IMG/VR virus record: IMGVR_UViG_3300036715_003254
Location: 1-64,000 of that record
From: a virus
Length of the DNA stretch: 64,000 bases
Reading direction: 5' to 3' (one strand)
The notes beneath the pieces are model-generated. The model ran no database searches. It was not told the origin of the DNA and was given only the letters and a program-made list of their open reading frames with translations. How positions within the stretch are numbered: the stretch's first letter is position 1; every line of letters starts with the position of its first letter. Positions 46,348-57,006 of this stretch are shown here, piece after piece. The position numbers were made by a program, and so were the translations under genes.

Positions 46348-47877
46348 TTATTTCTTACGTATTTCAAAATCAATAGTTGAATTTGGGAACAAAACATTTT
46401 CGTATGGAAGAACTTTAACAGGATATTTAGGGTCGTTAAGTCTTATTCCTTCGCCCAAATAATAGCCTGTGGTCATTCTTTCAAACAAACCATAACTTTT
46501 AACTGATAGAACTTTAACATCAACAGATGCATACGGGAACATAACTTCTTCATATGGATGAATAATAACAGGGCGTTTCTTATCGTTAAGTTTTAATCCG
46601 TCTTCTCCTAAATAATGACCTCTAGCCATTTTATCTCGAAGTCTAAAGATATTTCCAAAATTTGTTATAGTATCGTGTGTTTCAAATTTCTCTGATATTT
46701 TTTGATTTTCTTCTAACTGTAATGTTTCTGCTGTGATTAATGAATCAGAAGAGTCTGAAGTAATAAAATAGTCTTCTGAGTAAACAAATAACTCTTTTGT
46801 ATATCCTCCTCCTATACGGAATGAGCAAAGTTTCAATCCTTTTTCACCAAGTTTTTTTTCGTCAACACCTAATCTCGGACATCCATATTTCCAGAAGTTC
46901 ATTTTTATGATTTTATTTGAACTTTCAAATAAACTTTCTTTTATTCTTGTTACAAACTTTCTGTCGTAGCTTACAGTAAGTTTTGCCCTTTCTAATACTG
47001 AAAGAACTGTGTTATCTTTGGAATAGAAGATAATTTTCCCTGAACCGTCCTTTTTTATATAAGAACCATCAGTGTATGTTATAAGATAATTATCTTTTCC
47101 GAAACCATCTTTTGTGTAATATATAAATGAAACACCAGAAGAAAAATCCCTGACGCTTGGACCTTCTGATATTCTTACTACGAAGTTTGATTGAATTTCT
47201 TCAACATCAAAGTAATCTTCCAAAAAATTATATACTTTATTAGCATACTCGTAACTAAATCCAACAGGGTGAACAAGCGGCTTAATAATTTTGTTAAACA
47301 GTACTCTTCTAAGCGAACCTTCTACAGTATATTTAAAAGGCTTATCTCCTTCTTCGACATTTATATAAAAGTTAGTATCATCGTCAAACGAAAGTTTAGT
47401 TTTAGAAAGTAATTTTGCGTAGTAATAGAAAGGATTTACTTTACCTTTATCTGTTACAGATTTTTGAGAGAAAAGTATCAAGTCTTCAGTAAAATTGAAA
47501 CCGTCATTAAAAGGATAATTTCTATCTATATCAACAAAGTCTTGACCTATTGCAGTAAAGAATTTTTTTAGGTCGTTAATAACCTCAGTATCATCTAGTC
47601 CTTTATAGAAAGCGACACTAAATGAATTAAGAAACATATTTACAATATTTCTTTTGAACGCTTGAAGATCTATTGTATCAAAATATTCATTATTTTTAAG
47701 ATTAAAATCAAAAGAAATTCTTGTTGTTGGTTCTATGTATCTCAAAAAGAGAAAGAATAAGTCATAAAGAACCGGACTTGTATCTCTAAGTTGAGGAGGA
47801 ATTATATCTTGATATATTACCTCAAGCTCATTAACACCTATTTCCGGAATATTTGAGAACTGCTTATTAACAATCAT
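46348..47877 (-). CDS. baseplate wedge subunit (gp7-like)
   Basis: IKPLVHPVGF motif; downstream of gp6. Confidence 0.65.
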   Translation of the reverse strand: MIVNKQFSNIPEIGVNELEVIYQDIIPPQLRDTSPVLYDLFFLFLRYIEPTTRISFDFNLKNNEYFDTIDLQAFKRNIVNMFLNSFSVAFYKGLDDTEVINDLKKFFTAIGQDFVDIDRNYPFNDGFNFTEDLILFSQKSVTDKGKVNPFYYYAKLLSKTKLSFDDDTNFYINVEEGDKPFKYTVEGSLRRVLFNKIIKPLVHPVGFSYEYANKVYNFLEDYFDVEEIQSNFVVRISEGPSVRDFSSGVSFIYYTKDGFGKDNYLITYTDGSYIKKDGSGKIIFYSKDNTVLSVLERAKLTVSYDRKFVTRIKESLFESSNKIIKMNFWKYGCPRLGVDEKKLGEKGLKLCSFRIGGGYTKELFVYSEDYFITSDSSDSLITAETLQLEENQKISEKFETHDTITNFGNIFRLRDKMARGHYLGEDGLKLNDKKRPVIIHPYEEVMFPYASVDVKVLSVKSYGLFERMTTGYYLGEGIRLNDPKYPVKVLPYENVLFPNSTIDFEIRKK

Positions 47878-47879
47878 TA

Positions 47880-50009
47880 TTATAGGCTACTTATTTTGAA
47901 ATAGTTTAATCTTGGGGTAGAATTTCTTATGTATCTTGCATCTTGAGAATTTGGCGAGAAAACAAAATTAAGATACTGATTATTAGTAAAGAATGTGTCA
48001 GCTAGACTTGATGACGAATTTACATCAACAGATGCGTTAGATGTTCTAAGATTCAATTTTATATAGATGAATTGTTTACCGTATATTTTTGAAACTATAT
48101 ATGTACCACAAACAACATTATTATAAGAAATATTAAATGATACAGTTCTACCATCATATAAAACGCTTCCTTGAGTAAAATTGACAATAAGGTTATTATT
48201 ACCAATTTTTACATCATCTGTTAAGAAACCAATAGTCGATATATCCGGAAGCAAATCGGGATTTACAAAACTATTTTCGTCTATAAAGTTAGTAAACGGA
48301 AGAGGAAGAAAAAATTCAAAAAATTTATTTGCTCCTGACTCATTTGACTTGTCTATTATATTGTATTTTGAAAGAACGATTTTTTGAGAAACATTAATAT
48401 CGACGCCGTTAGTATCACCAATAGAAGAATAAACTATTTTTGATATTCCACTTCTAAAGAACTCATTATTAAATGTTTCATATGTAGTATCAAATAAATC
48501 AGTCACAGATGTTATGATTTTATTCAAAACATTTGAGTCAAAAATGGGTTTTGTTATTCTTACATTGATATCAAGGTTGAAGTATAATGGTTGTCTGAAT
48601 TCATTTTTTAGAGTCATTATTTTGTATTTTGAAAGATATGTAAGAATATCGCTTTTATTTTCATCAGTAAAATAAAACTCTTTTTCATTTTCAGAAGAAT
48701 ATATTCTTTTATATTCAACATTCCCGCCATTAACATTCAAATATTGTTTAGATTTTGTTGTTTTTGTTGGAAGACCTGAAATATAAACTGTACCAAGTTG
48801 TTCTATTACATAGTCTTCGCCACCCCAAACGGAAGAATCTTGAACTAATTGGTGTTGTTTTAATATAACTTCATAATCTTGAGCGGTAACAGCTCTGTTT
48901 GCGACATTATGAAATACTGCCGCTATTTCTTTAATTTGTTCATTTGACTCTTCATCAGAACCAGCAAACACTTCATTCATATAAGTAAATACAGTATAGA
49001 TCGAACTATCAGTTACGCCAATAGGAACAACATTAAAGTTTTTATTTGCTGATACGAATGTGATTTTTCCTTGGGCGCTTCCTTGAGAACCTTTTGAAAT
49101 AAGCACATTAACAAACACTTCGGCATTAAGTATAGGTTCATCACAGACGCCTGCGAATTTAAAATAAATTGTTGATGTATTAGTATCGATATCTCTCAAT
49201 ACGACATATGATTTTTCAAAATTATATTTTTTTAAATCTATATCTTGAAACTGAACATTTTGCCAAAGAACTTTATCCTCGTATTCGCCATCAGCATTAT
49301 ATCTTGAAACAAAAACTTCAATTCCGTCTTGTTCAATATCTTGATAATCTAGTGGTATAGTATATGTTGTTCCTAAAGAACCATCAGGTTGAAGAGTTTT
49401 TGTCATTTTAAAGCATAATTCGCTACTTCCTAGTGGAGCATATACAGGATCAAAATATCTAAACAGAGTTCCTTCCTTTACTGTTATAAAGAAAAATGTT
49501 TGTATATTATGTTCATCAAGATCTGATTGAGTAATATTGCCTTTTGTTTTGAGAAGAGTATTATATAAGGTTGTTTCTTTTGTTATTTGGTCTTGAGTTA
49601 TTCCAATGATTTCTTTATCAGAATCCATATAGTAAAAAGTATTATTTCCGTCAGTAAAAGCGCTATATTTTGGAAGAACACAGTTAAACGGTTGGTTGTT
49701 TAATACTCCATCAGGAGCTTCACACTTAATCAATAATTGATATTGATATGATGTTTTTCTTTTTACTTCATAGCCTAGCATTCTGGCCATTTTCAATATG
49801 TTTTTTCTTTTTGTTGCAGTAGCAAGAAAGAATTCAGAAAGCATAAGAGATGCGTTCGCATTATTCATAGCGACGGCGTAAGATAATAATGTTGTTAAGA
49901 AAGCTGTATTTGAACCAGGAAAAATAGCGTCAACGAAACCTAGTTCTGTTGCTTTTTCATTTAAAGCTGATTGAATATCATCTTGATTGAACGGTACAAA
50001 ATCTAACAT
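47880..50009 (-). CDS. gp6: baseplate wedge subunit (gp6-like)
   Basis: F-x-GSN, EFFLATA, A-x-MLGY, NRAVTAQDY, VWGGED. Confidence 0.92.
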   Translation of the reverse strand: MLDFVPFNQDDIQSALNEKATELGFVDAIFPGSNTAFLTTLLSYAVAMNNANASLMLSEFFLATATKRKNILKMARMLGYEVKRKTSYQYQLLIKCEAPDGVLNNQPFNCVLPKYSAFTDGNNTFYYMDSDKEIIGITQDQITKETTLYNTLLKTKGNITQSDLDEHNIQTFFFITVKEGTLFRYFDPVYAPLGSSELCFKMTKTLQPDGSLGTTYTIPLDYQDIEQDGIEVFVSRYNADGEYEDKVLWQNVQFQDIDLKKYNFEKSYVVLRDIDTNTSTIYFKFAGVCDEPILNAEVFVNVLISKGSQGSAQGKITFVSANKNFNVVPIGVTDSSIYTVFTYMNEVFAGSDEESNEQIKEIAAVFHNVANRAVTAQDYEVILKQHQLVQDSSVWGGEDYVIEQLGTVYISGLPTKTTKSKQYLNVNGGNVEYKRIYSSENEKEFYFTDENKSDILTYLSKYKIMTLKNEFRQPLYFNLDINVRITKPIFDSNVLNKIITSVTDLFDTTYETFNNEFFRSGISKIVYSSIGDTNGVDINVSQKIVLSKYNIIDKSNESGANKFFEFFLPLPFTNFIDENSFVNPDLLPDISTIGFLTDDVKIGNNNLIVNFTQGSVLYDGRTVSFNISYNNVVCGTYIVSKIYGKQFIYIKLNLRTSNASVDVNSSSSLADTFFTNNQYLNFVFSPNSQDARYIRNSTPRLNYFKISSL

Positions 50010-50018
50010 TTATTTTTC

Positions 50019-50387
50019 CTATGGTGTTTTCATATTTATTTTGAGTACTCTTGCTGTGGAATCATTATCTATTTTTAGAGTGAAATAAACTTTTATTTCT
50101 AGAGAATTATATTCTGGATGAGGTTGAACATCAACGAATTTAACTGTTACTCTTTTCTCCCACATTTCTATTGAAGAAGTTATTTCACCCTTAACGACAT
50201 CAACTATATTTGAATTCATAGCCGAAAAAAGAAGAGAACTTAATCTTGAACCAAACTCAGGTGAAGACGGAAGACTTCCTATTGGTGTTAAAAGTATATT
50301 TCTAATGGAATTTTCTACGGCTTCATAGTTAATATCGAAACCAGTATTCTTACAAGCAACGTCAACATAAAAAATGTCCTGTGCCAT
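50019..50387 (-). CDS. gp25: baseplate wedge / sheath initiator (gp25-like)
   Basis: SIRNILLTPIG, PEFGS, WEKRV. Confidence 0.92.
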   Translation of the reverse strand: MAQDIFYVDVACKNTGFDINYEAVENSIRNILLTPIGSLPSSPEFGSRLSSLLFSAMNSNIVDVVKGEITSSIEMWEKRVTVKFVDVQPHPEYNSLEIKVYFTLKIDNDSTARVLKINMKTP

Positions 50388-50388
50388 T

Positions 50389-52005
50389 TTAAATCACCCC
50401 TTGCGCAACAGTTTTATAGTAATCGTTTTGAGGAATAGTTGCTCTTATTTCTCTTTTATAGTTTTTATACATAGTTTTGAGCGTGTCTAACTTTTTAGTA
50501 TCTAATTTTGTTGTTGTTCTGTTTTGGATTCTCATTATATCTAAATCGTTAGATTCGGTTAGTGGTAGATTATTTATAAAGGAAATATTTATTAAATTCG
50601 CAGTCGGAACTTGTTTCTTTATACAATTTCTCATATCTGTCAAACTTTTTGCCCTTTGACTTAATTGTTTTGTTTTCGCAAAGGATTCTATCTCTGTTAT
50701 CATACCAAAAAGACTTTGTTCGGTTGGTGTCAAAGATTGAGAGTGAAGATCTTTTATGTCTTCTTTCACTACATCAATCATTTGATATATAGAAGGAAGT
50801 GGAAGATCCAAATAGTCGACTTTAACATCGAGATTTGTTAACATCTCTGATTTTAAAGAAGAAAGATTTCCGAGAGTTGAATCCATCATAGATGACAGTT
50901 TACCTTGAACTTCTGAAGTAATATTACTAAGCATTTTTGTTGCGTCAGGTAATGCTAATTTACTCCCAGAAAGTAAAGAATTTATTTGACTCATAGATGA
51001 TGTCAATAGACCTCGAATATTAGTAACAGATGAATTTAGAGAGTTTGCAAGATTTTTAAATTCTTCGTTAGCGCCTAAAGTTTTTATCAAATCGTCAATA
51101 CCAGAAAAGGCTGTAGTAGAAGTTTGTTGGAATGCGGAAGCCAAATCTTTAAGAGCGACTTTTCCTTTTTGAGCAGAATCAAACTTCGCACTAGAAACAA
51201 CCCCCAAAGCATTTGTTACTGATTTTATATCCTTCACTAACTCTTCTGTTGCCTTACTTACAATAGAAGAAACAAGTTCCGACTTTTGTCCAGGCATCAT
51301 ACTATTAAGTGTACCTGCTACATCCTTTTGAAGAGCGTCTATTCCGCCTACAGAATTGGAAAACAATCCAACAGAAGTCGGCAAACTTGCACCGCCTATT
51401 AATCCCTGTGCATTTGAGGTTATAAGACTCATAACATCTTTATTATTTGGTAGAGAAAAACCGTTTATATTTGTTAATTGACTAGTCGTATCTTTTATTG
51501 AGTTTGCTAGATTGTATGTTGATACGGTTTTAAGAGCTGAAGAAACAGTTTCTTCTCCTGAATTAAAAACACCTAAATCTTGTTTTAAAAAATCGTTTGG
51601 ATGAGATAGAACGCCTTTAAGAACTTCAACTTGTTTATCTCTTACTGTTTTAGCAGAAGGAGAAATATCAGCAAAACAGTCATTAATACATATTGAAGAA
51701 ACAGATTTTCTATCTGGTCTGAGGTTTTGAAGAGTGTTCTTCGGTGTAGTATTTTTGAACAATCCTGATCTAGGAGTCAAATCTGACATAGTATTTACTT
51801 GATTTACGAATTCATTTAGAAGAGTATCAAACTGATTAATATCTATTTTAAGAAGAGTAGATTGAGTCTTAAATCTATCTTCCGCTTCTGATTGCATTTG
51901 TTGGTGAATAAATTCTTGATAATTTTCAGGAATACTAGTTGCTTGATTTGTAAGAAGATCCGAAAAAGAAGACGGCAAATTAGATGTTAAGCTCGGTGTA
52001 ATCAA
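50389..52005 (-). CDS. hypothetical helical structural protein
   Basis: 538-aa Ser/Leu-rich ORF inside the baseplate operon. Confidence 0.6.
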   Translation of the reverse strand: MITPSLTSNLPSSFSDLLTNQATSIPENYQEFIHQQMQSEAEDRFKTQSTLLKIDINQFDTLLNEFVNQVNTMSDLTPRSGLFKNTTPKNTLQNLRPDRKSVSSICINDCFADISPSAKTVRDKQVEVLKGVLSHPNDFLKQDLGVFNSGEETVSSALKTVSTYNLANSIKDTTSQLTNINGFSLPNNKDVMSLITSNAQGLIGGASLPTSVGLFSNSVGGIDALQKDVAGTLNSMMPGQKSELVSSIVSKATEELVKDIKSVTNALGVVSSAKFDSAQKGKVALKDLASAFQQTSTTAFSGIDDLIKTLGANEEFKNLANSLNSSVTNIRGLLTSSMSQINSLLSGSKLALPDATKMLSNITSEVQGKLSSMMDSTLGNLSSLKSEMLTNLDVKVDYLDLPLPSIYQMIDVVKEDIKDLHSQSLTPTEQSLFGMITEIESFAKTKQLSQRAKSLTDMRNCIKKQVPTANLINISFINNLPLTESNDLDIMRIQNRTTTKLDTKKLDTLKTMYKNYKREIRATIPQNDYYKTVAQGVI

Positions 52006-52011
52006 TTTCTT

Positions 52012-52302
52012 CTATCCTATTAAAACATTTGGCGAGCATTTATCAGCTTTAGAACCACAACTTATTTTGTCTCCGTGTCTATGTGCCGGTCTACCGTTAA
52101 TGAAAACCTTTGAAGAACCGGAAGAAGCTGTAGCTGAATGTGGAGGACTTCCTGGACAAGAGTGATCTTCATATTTATCGCCAACTCTCATAATAGGAAG
52201 ACCGTTGGCAAAGACATTTGGAGAACCTCCGGCAGCTTTTCTTGGTGGCGCTTTACAAGGGTCTCCAGTAGACATATCACCTTTTCTTACTACTCCAAGC
52301 AT
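52012..52302 (-). CDS. PAAR spike-tip protein (gp5.4-like)
   Basis: GSPNVFANG, GSSKVFINGRPAHRHGD, CGS. Confidence 0.92.
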   Translation of the reverse strand: MLGVVRKGDMSTGDPCKAPPRKAAGGSPNVFANGLPIMRVGDKYEDHSCPGSPPHSATASSGSSKVFINGRPAHRHGDKISCGSKADKCSPNVLIG

Positions 52303-52360
52303 TAATATTCCTCAATGATAATATAAGTGGGACGCTTTTTTTGTATGGTAAAATATTTAT

Positions 52361-52407
52361 TTGTGCTTATATCAACCGTCCTTTAGGACGGTGTTTTACA
52401 CACAAAA
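52361..52407 (+). mobile_element. IS200/IS605-like end-hairpin relic
   Basis: GCTTATATC-A-ACCGTCCT-TT-AGGACGGT-GTTTTAC resembles TnpB-element right ends. Confidence 0.45.
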
Positions 52408-52469
52408 TGGATAAAAAATTGGTATCAAAATAGAACAACAAAAAACTCTTAACCAGTACACGAATTTCC

Positions 52470-53348
52470 TTAATTCAAATTTATGGATGGAGCAGAAACA
52501 GAGAAAGCGCCTCCGGAATGAAAATTAGTTGCGCCTCCAGTTTTAAAAGACAAACTTCCGCCGATTTCAAATGAAACATTTCCGCCGATTTTTATCGTTT
52601 CTGAGCCGTGAGTTTCTCTTTTAATATCTGAATCAATAAATTCTATAGAATTCCCTGTTATATGAGTTTTCCTATCACCATTTACTATTTCATATGTATT
52701 ATTCAATGATTTAATGACAATTTTTCCATCAGGAAGCATTTCTATAAGTGAACCTGATTTATGGAAGATATGGATTCTTTCATTTCCTTCGGTATCATCT
52801 ATCTCAATAACGTGACCGCTTGAAGTTTCTAGAACTTTATTTTTTGTATATTTGCCTTTCTTATAATTATCATAAGGTTCTTCTACTTTATTATCTTGTT
52901 GTTTTTTAGCACAAGGAGTTTGGTCTTGTTTTTCTCCCCTAGCTAATCTATTATAGTCTGGTTCATTCAATCTTGAAAGAAGAGGATATTTGAGATCTTT
53001 ATCGCAGAATGATATTGTGTCTCTTTGTTTTCTAACGCCTGCTGTTACTCCAATTACTACAGGATGGTCGTGTTCTCCCGCATCAAAAAATACCCAAACA
53101 TAACAACCTTGTTCAGGAACAGAAGAAACGCCTATTCCTGAAATTAGTCCAAAATCTGGAGAAACCAAACATTCTGCCCAAGGAAGATTATCAACAGGAT
53201 TTACTTTAGGGTCTTCAGAGTGAATTCCGAAAATTCTTACCCTTACTCTTCCCATTTTTAATGGGTCTTGATTGTCTTCTACAACTCCTCTGTAAAAGAT
53301 CTGATTTCTACTTGAAAGGTCACTTGCTTGTTCTAGTGAATCTATCAT
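52470..53348 (-). CDS. gp5: baseplate central spike (gp5-like, OB-fold plus beta-helix, no lysozyme domain)
   Basis: GVVEDNQDPLKMGRVRVRIFG, LPWA, SGHVIEIDDTEGNERIHIFHKSG. Confidence 0.93.
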   Translation of the reverse strand: MIDSLEQASDLSSRNQIFYRGVVEDNQDPLKMGRVRVRIFGIHSEDPKVNPVDNLPWAECLVSPDFGLISGIGVSSVPEQGCYVWVFFDAGEHDHPVVIGVTAGVRKQRDTISFCDKDLKYPLLSRLNEPDYNRLARGEKQDQTPCAKKQQDNKVEEPYDNYKKGKYTKNKVLETSSGHVIEIDDTEGNERIHIFHKSGSLIEMLPDGKIVIKSLNNTYEIVNGDRKTHITGNSIEFIDSDIKRETHGSETIKIGGNVSFEIGGSLSFKTGGATNFHSGGAFSVSAPSINLN

Positions 53349-54493
53349 ATTCTATCCTTATAACCACTTCTAACTAATATTAATTTAATCATAAAAAGAT
53401 CTTGTGTTATGAACATATAAGAAACGCCTTTCACTAACCAATAACCAGCGATGTTTTGATCTGGTTTAAACGATTCTCCTCTGTCAGGTGTTTCTCTATG
53501 TATAGTTATCTTATCACCTATATCCGGAGAGTCAAATGTTCCAGGAATTAAAATTTCCATCATATTATTTTCATTAAAACTGTTAGCGAATGTATAACGG
53601 ACATCTTCTTCAACAGTTTTGATATGTTTATAAACAGATCTTTCTAAAAGATTTTTTGGGCTATAATCGATTTCCTTTTCTGTCAAAGTGTTCTGATCCT
53701 TTTCCATTAAATCTCTGGAATATAACCTAAACTGTTGTCTTAAATCAGTAATATCAATTGAAAAGATCTTTTGTTTAGGTGTCGTAAGAGGAGAGCTTCC
53801 TGCTCCCATTTTTATCACTTTAAATTCTTTTATTTGATATAGATAATACGGATTAAGGTGATGGAAAATATACGGATGTTCGAATTCCTTTGCGTCTTTA
53901 ATTATATTGTCGTATGACTTACAACAGATATTATCTCTAGTTTGATATACTTTCATATTGTATTTCTTAGCAAGTAGATTTAAACTAGCTATTAGAGGTT
54001 TATTACCTTGAACAGTATAATAATCTAGAGATTTAGCGTAATCATTTTCTATATAGTCTACACCTTTGTCTGAAACCATATATTCACTTAGAAGATCGCT
54101 AATTATATCTCCAGGTTTTTTATCTACAAATACTTCAGTATGAGTTTGACACATAAACTGATATGTGTCTTGATCCACAAATTCTATTTCTACTTCGTTT
54201 GTTTTATTTCCAACAGAATTTACTTTAGTTTTTATAGCGACGAAGGTTTCTTTATACTCTATATCTAGACAACATTTCGCTATAATATCTATCTTGTTAT
54301 TCTTATTAAGCGGAATAATCTCGACCAAGTTTTGAGTATCTACAAATTTCAAAACTCCGGATACATAAGAGTTATCAAGACTTCTGTTTATTTGAAGAGA
54401 AGTGATATAAACAGTCCCAATACTTCTCGCTTTATTGTCGTCAAATATTAGCGTGAAATGTTTAAGTTTCTGTTCATTTCTAGTATTAAACAT
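53345..54493 (-). CDS. baseplate hub protein (gp27-like)
   Basis: Position upstream of gp5; IPG...IGD...GYWLVKGV C-terminal pattern. Confidence 0.6.
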   Translation of the reverse strand: MFNTRNEQKLKHFTLIFDDNKARSIGTVYITSLQINRSLDNSYVSGVLKFVDTQNLVEIIPLNKNNKIDIIAKCCLDIEYKETFVAIKTKVNSVGNKTNEVEIEFVDQDTYQFMCQTHTEVFVDKKPGDIISDLLSEYMVSDKGVDYIENDYAKSLDYYTVQGNKPLIASLNLLAKKYNMKVYQTRDNICCKSYDNIIKDAKEFEHPYIFHHLNPYYLYQIKEFKVIKMGAGSSPLTTPKQKIFSIDITDLRQQFRLYSRDLMEKDQNTLTEKEIDYSPKNLLERSVYKHIKTVEEDVRYTFANSFNENNMMEILIPGTFDSPDIGDKITIHRETPDRGESFKPDQNIAGYWLVKGVSYMFITQDLFMIKLILVRSGYKDRI

Positions 54494-57006
54494 TAAATAA
54501 ATCTTTCAGTGAGAGTAATATTATTAGTACACGTAGCTAAACATCTTCTACTCATATATTTATTTGTTAAAGTAAATGTTGTTGGATTTACTAAAGTCTT
54601 ATCAAAATTAACATCAGTGATTGAATTCATCAAAATAGAAGCATCAACTGTTTGGTTATCAGCTTTATTGTATGTGTATGTGACATTATTAATATAGATA
54701 CTAAATGTTTCAGACGAAGTTGTGCTTGAAACCAAAGTCACAGTAATAACTTGATATTTCGGAATATAGTTATACTCAACATCAGCATAAGCAAGTTGCA
54801 TAGCTTGCGAAGTTTGATATGTAATTGAAATATTTTCAAGATTAGTAATTTTTGATGTAGTAGATGTTATAACGATTTTATTATCAATATTCGTAGCAGT
54901 TATAAATCTCCTCGCAAGTTCTGTTATGAAATAAGAAATATCGTCAACTATATTTCCACTATTATTTCTAATTATAACATCAAATCCATTCAATTCTAAA
55001 GAAAATGTTTTTGCAGAATCAATTAGAGAAAGAGTATATGCTGAATCTAGTGTTGTGAAGTTTGAAGCATTTGTGATGTTAAAGCTTGAGTCTTCTTTAA
55101 GAGATGTTAATTTATATTTAACAAGTTCTTTTAGTTTCACAAATACTATAGTATTTTTTGCTGATGTTCCACCACTTACCAAGACTCTTGAATCTGGAAG
55201 GAAAACCGTTTTATGTCCTGATGTCAAATCCGGAAGGTCATCTAACCGTTCAAATGTTATTGTTGTTCCATTAATTATTGCCAAATACTGTTCATTTACA
55301 GAAACACTGTCAGATACTTTGTAACCGCCGTTAAATAGAATTCTTCCATCTCCTAGTACAGTACTAGAATGTAGAAACTGAATATCAGCAGGCATATCAG
55401 AACCAGTAGACCAAGTAATTGTATTATTAGAGATTACACCGAAGGTTGTATTAGAGTAATATGTTGTCGTCACATTATTTCCAGAAACATCTTTTGAGAG
55501 TCCTCCAGAAATTAAAACTCTTCCATCAGGTAAAAGAACACAAGAATGTTGCTCTATTTTAATTTCTTTTCCTGAATTCCAAGTAATAGTATTACCAGAG
55601 ATTGTTCCGAATGTTGATTGATTATACGTTGTTGTTTGATTAGAAGAAGAATCTCCTGAGCCACCGGTGATTAATAATCTTCCATCAGAAAGTAATACTG
55701 TTGCGTGATTCACAATTACAGAATTGAATTTTGTTCCTTCTACCCAAGTAATTGTATTACCAGATATTGTTCCAAAGTATGTTTTATCGACAGCCGAACC
55801 GTTGTTAGAACCTCCAATAACTAGAATTCTCCCATCAGAAAGAAGCGTTGTTGTGTGATTATTAAGAGCCGCCGGAAGGTCTGTTCCTGAAACCCAGTTT
55901 ATTGTATTACCGGAAAATGTTCCAAAGTATGTTGTAGTTTGAGATGTAGAACCATCTAATCCACCTATAATTAGAATTCTATTATCGGAAAGAAGAGTAA
56001 CTGTGCTTCCAGGAAGAGTAGCTTTTGGATAGTCTGTTCCTGATACTGAAGTCAAACTCTTTTTTATATTTGAATCGAAAGTCGAAACTGAAACAAGACC
56101 GTTTAATGCTGATGTTATTTTATTCAAATGAGAAAAATAAGTTTCCGTTATAGAAGCCGTAATGGTTATTGTTGAATTATTAGAACTGTCTTTCGAGAAA
56201 CTGAAATTTATATCGCTATGTATATCAGTTTCATATACATTAAATTGTTTGTGAGAAATTTGATTAAAAGGATAATTACTCAAAACAATTGTATTTTGCG
56301 CAAAAGAATCGTAAGAAAGAGTTTTTTCTTCAAAATAAATTCCTATAATCGACACTATATCGTATACTGTTGTTATAGTTCCGTTCTCAGTTATAAGAAG
56401 ATCATATTCTCTGTGGATATTTTTGCTATCAATAGGAGTAGCTATAACAACAGTATGAATTTGATCATTTCCTTCTATAAATACAGGCTTATAATCTATG
56501 GATTCTGATTCTACGAAATTTTTAATATTTTTTCTTACGTCTTCATACATATAAATCATATAATTTTTCTTTAAGAATTTCAGATTTCTGTATGTTTCAT
56601 TTTCTTTTTCGACAATAGTATAAAAATAATCCCTCTTAGTTTGTATTTTTCTTTCGATTTCTTCTTCTGTCATACTTTGAGAAATAATCGGAAGGAAAGT
56701 TTCTTCCCATTTTTTAAGTAAGTCATCAACTCTTCTTTCTAGCACTCTTTGAGATTTAGGAAGATCGTAAATAGGACTGATATTATTTTCTAGGCATACA
56801 ATGTCCCACTCAACAGTTTCGCCGTAATAGAGGGAAGAAAGAAGATCTGGAGTAGCAGAATCTTCTACTTGCATAGTTTCGAAATATTCGTTGTTTATTT
56901 TATATTTTTCCGGAATATCTCTCATAGACTTCTCAGAAAGGTCATAAAGAGTAATATTTCTTTCTGGAAATGAGATCTCATTAAAATTTAATAGTGCATT
57001 TTTCAT
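54493..57006 (-). CDS. gp53-like baseplate wedge (LysM) domain fused to a Kelch-repeat beta-propeller
   Basis: TPDLLSSLYYG...WDIV..N.I...YDLP; six H...LL(S/P)DGR(I/V)L..GG repeats. Confidence 0.8.
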   Translation of the reverse strand: MKNALLNFNEISFPERNITLYDLSEKSMRDIPEKYKINNEYFETMQVEDSATPDLLSSLYYGETVEWDIVCLENNISPIYDLPKSQRVLERRVDDLLKKWEETFLPIISQSMTEEEIERKIQTKRDYFYTIVEKENETYRNLKFLKKNYMIYMYEDVRKNIKNFVESESIDYKPVFIEGNDQIHTVVIATPIDSKNIHREYDLLITENGTITTVYDIVSIIGIYFEEKTLSYDSFAQNTIVLSNYPFNQISHKQFNVYETDIHSDINFSFSKDSSNNSTITITASITETYFSHLNKITSALNGLVSVSTFDSNIKKSLTSVSGTDYPKATLPGSTVTLLSDNRILIIGGLDGSTSQTTTYFGTFSGNTINWVSGTDLPAALNNHTTTLLSDGRILVIGGSNNGSAVDKTYFGTISGNTITWVEGTKFNSVIVNHATVLLSDGRLLITGGSGDSSSNQTTTYNQSTFGTISGNTITWNSGKEIKIEQHSCVLLPDGRVLISGGLSKDVSGNNVTTTYYSNTTFGVISNNTITWSTGSDMPADIQFLHSSTVLGDGRILFNGGYKVSDSVSVNEQYLAIINGTTITFERLDDLPDLTSGHKTVFLPDSRVLVSGGTSAKNTIVFVKLKELVKYKLTSLKEDSSFNITNASNFTTLDSAYTLSLIDSAKTFSLELNGFDVIIRNNSGNIVDDISYFITELARRFITATNIDNKIVITSTTSKITNLENISITYQTSQAMQLAYADVEYNYIPKYQVITVTLVSSTTSSETFSIYINNVTYTYNKADNQTVDASILMNSITDVNFDKTLVNPTTFTLTNKYMSRRCLATCTNNITLTERFI

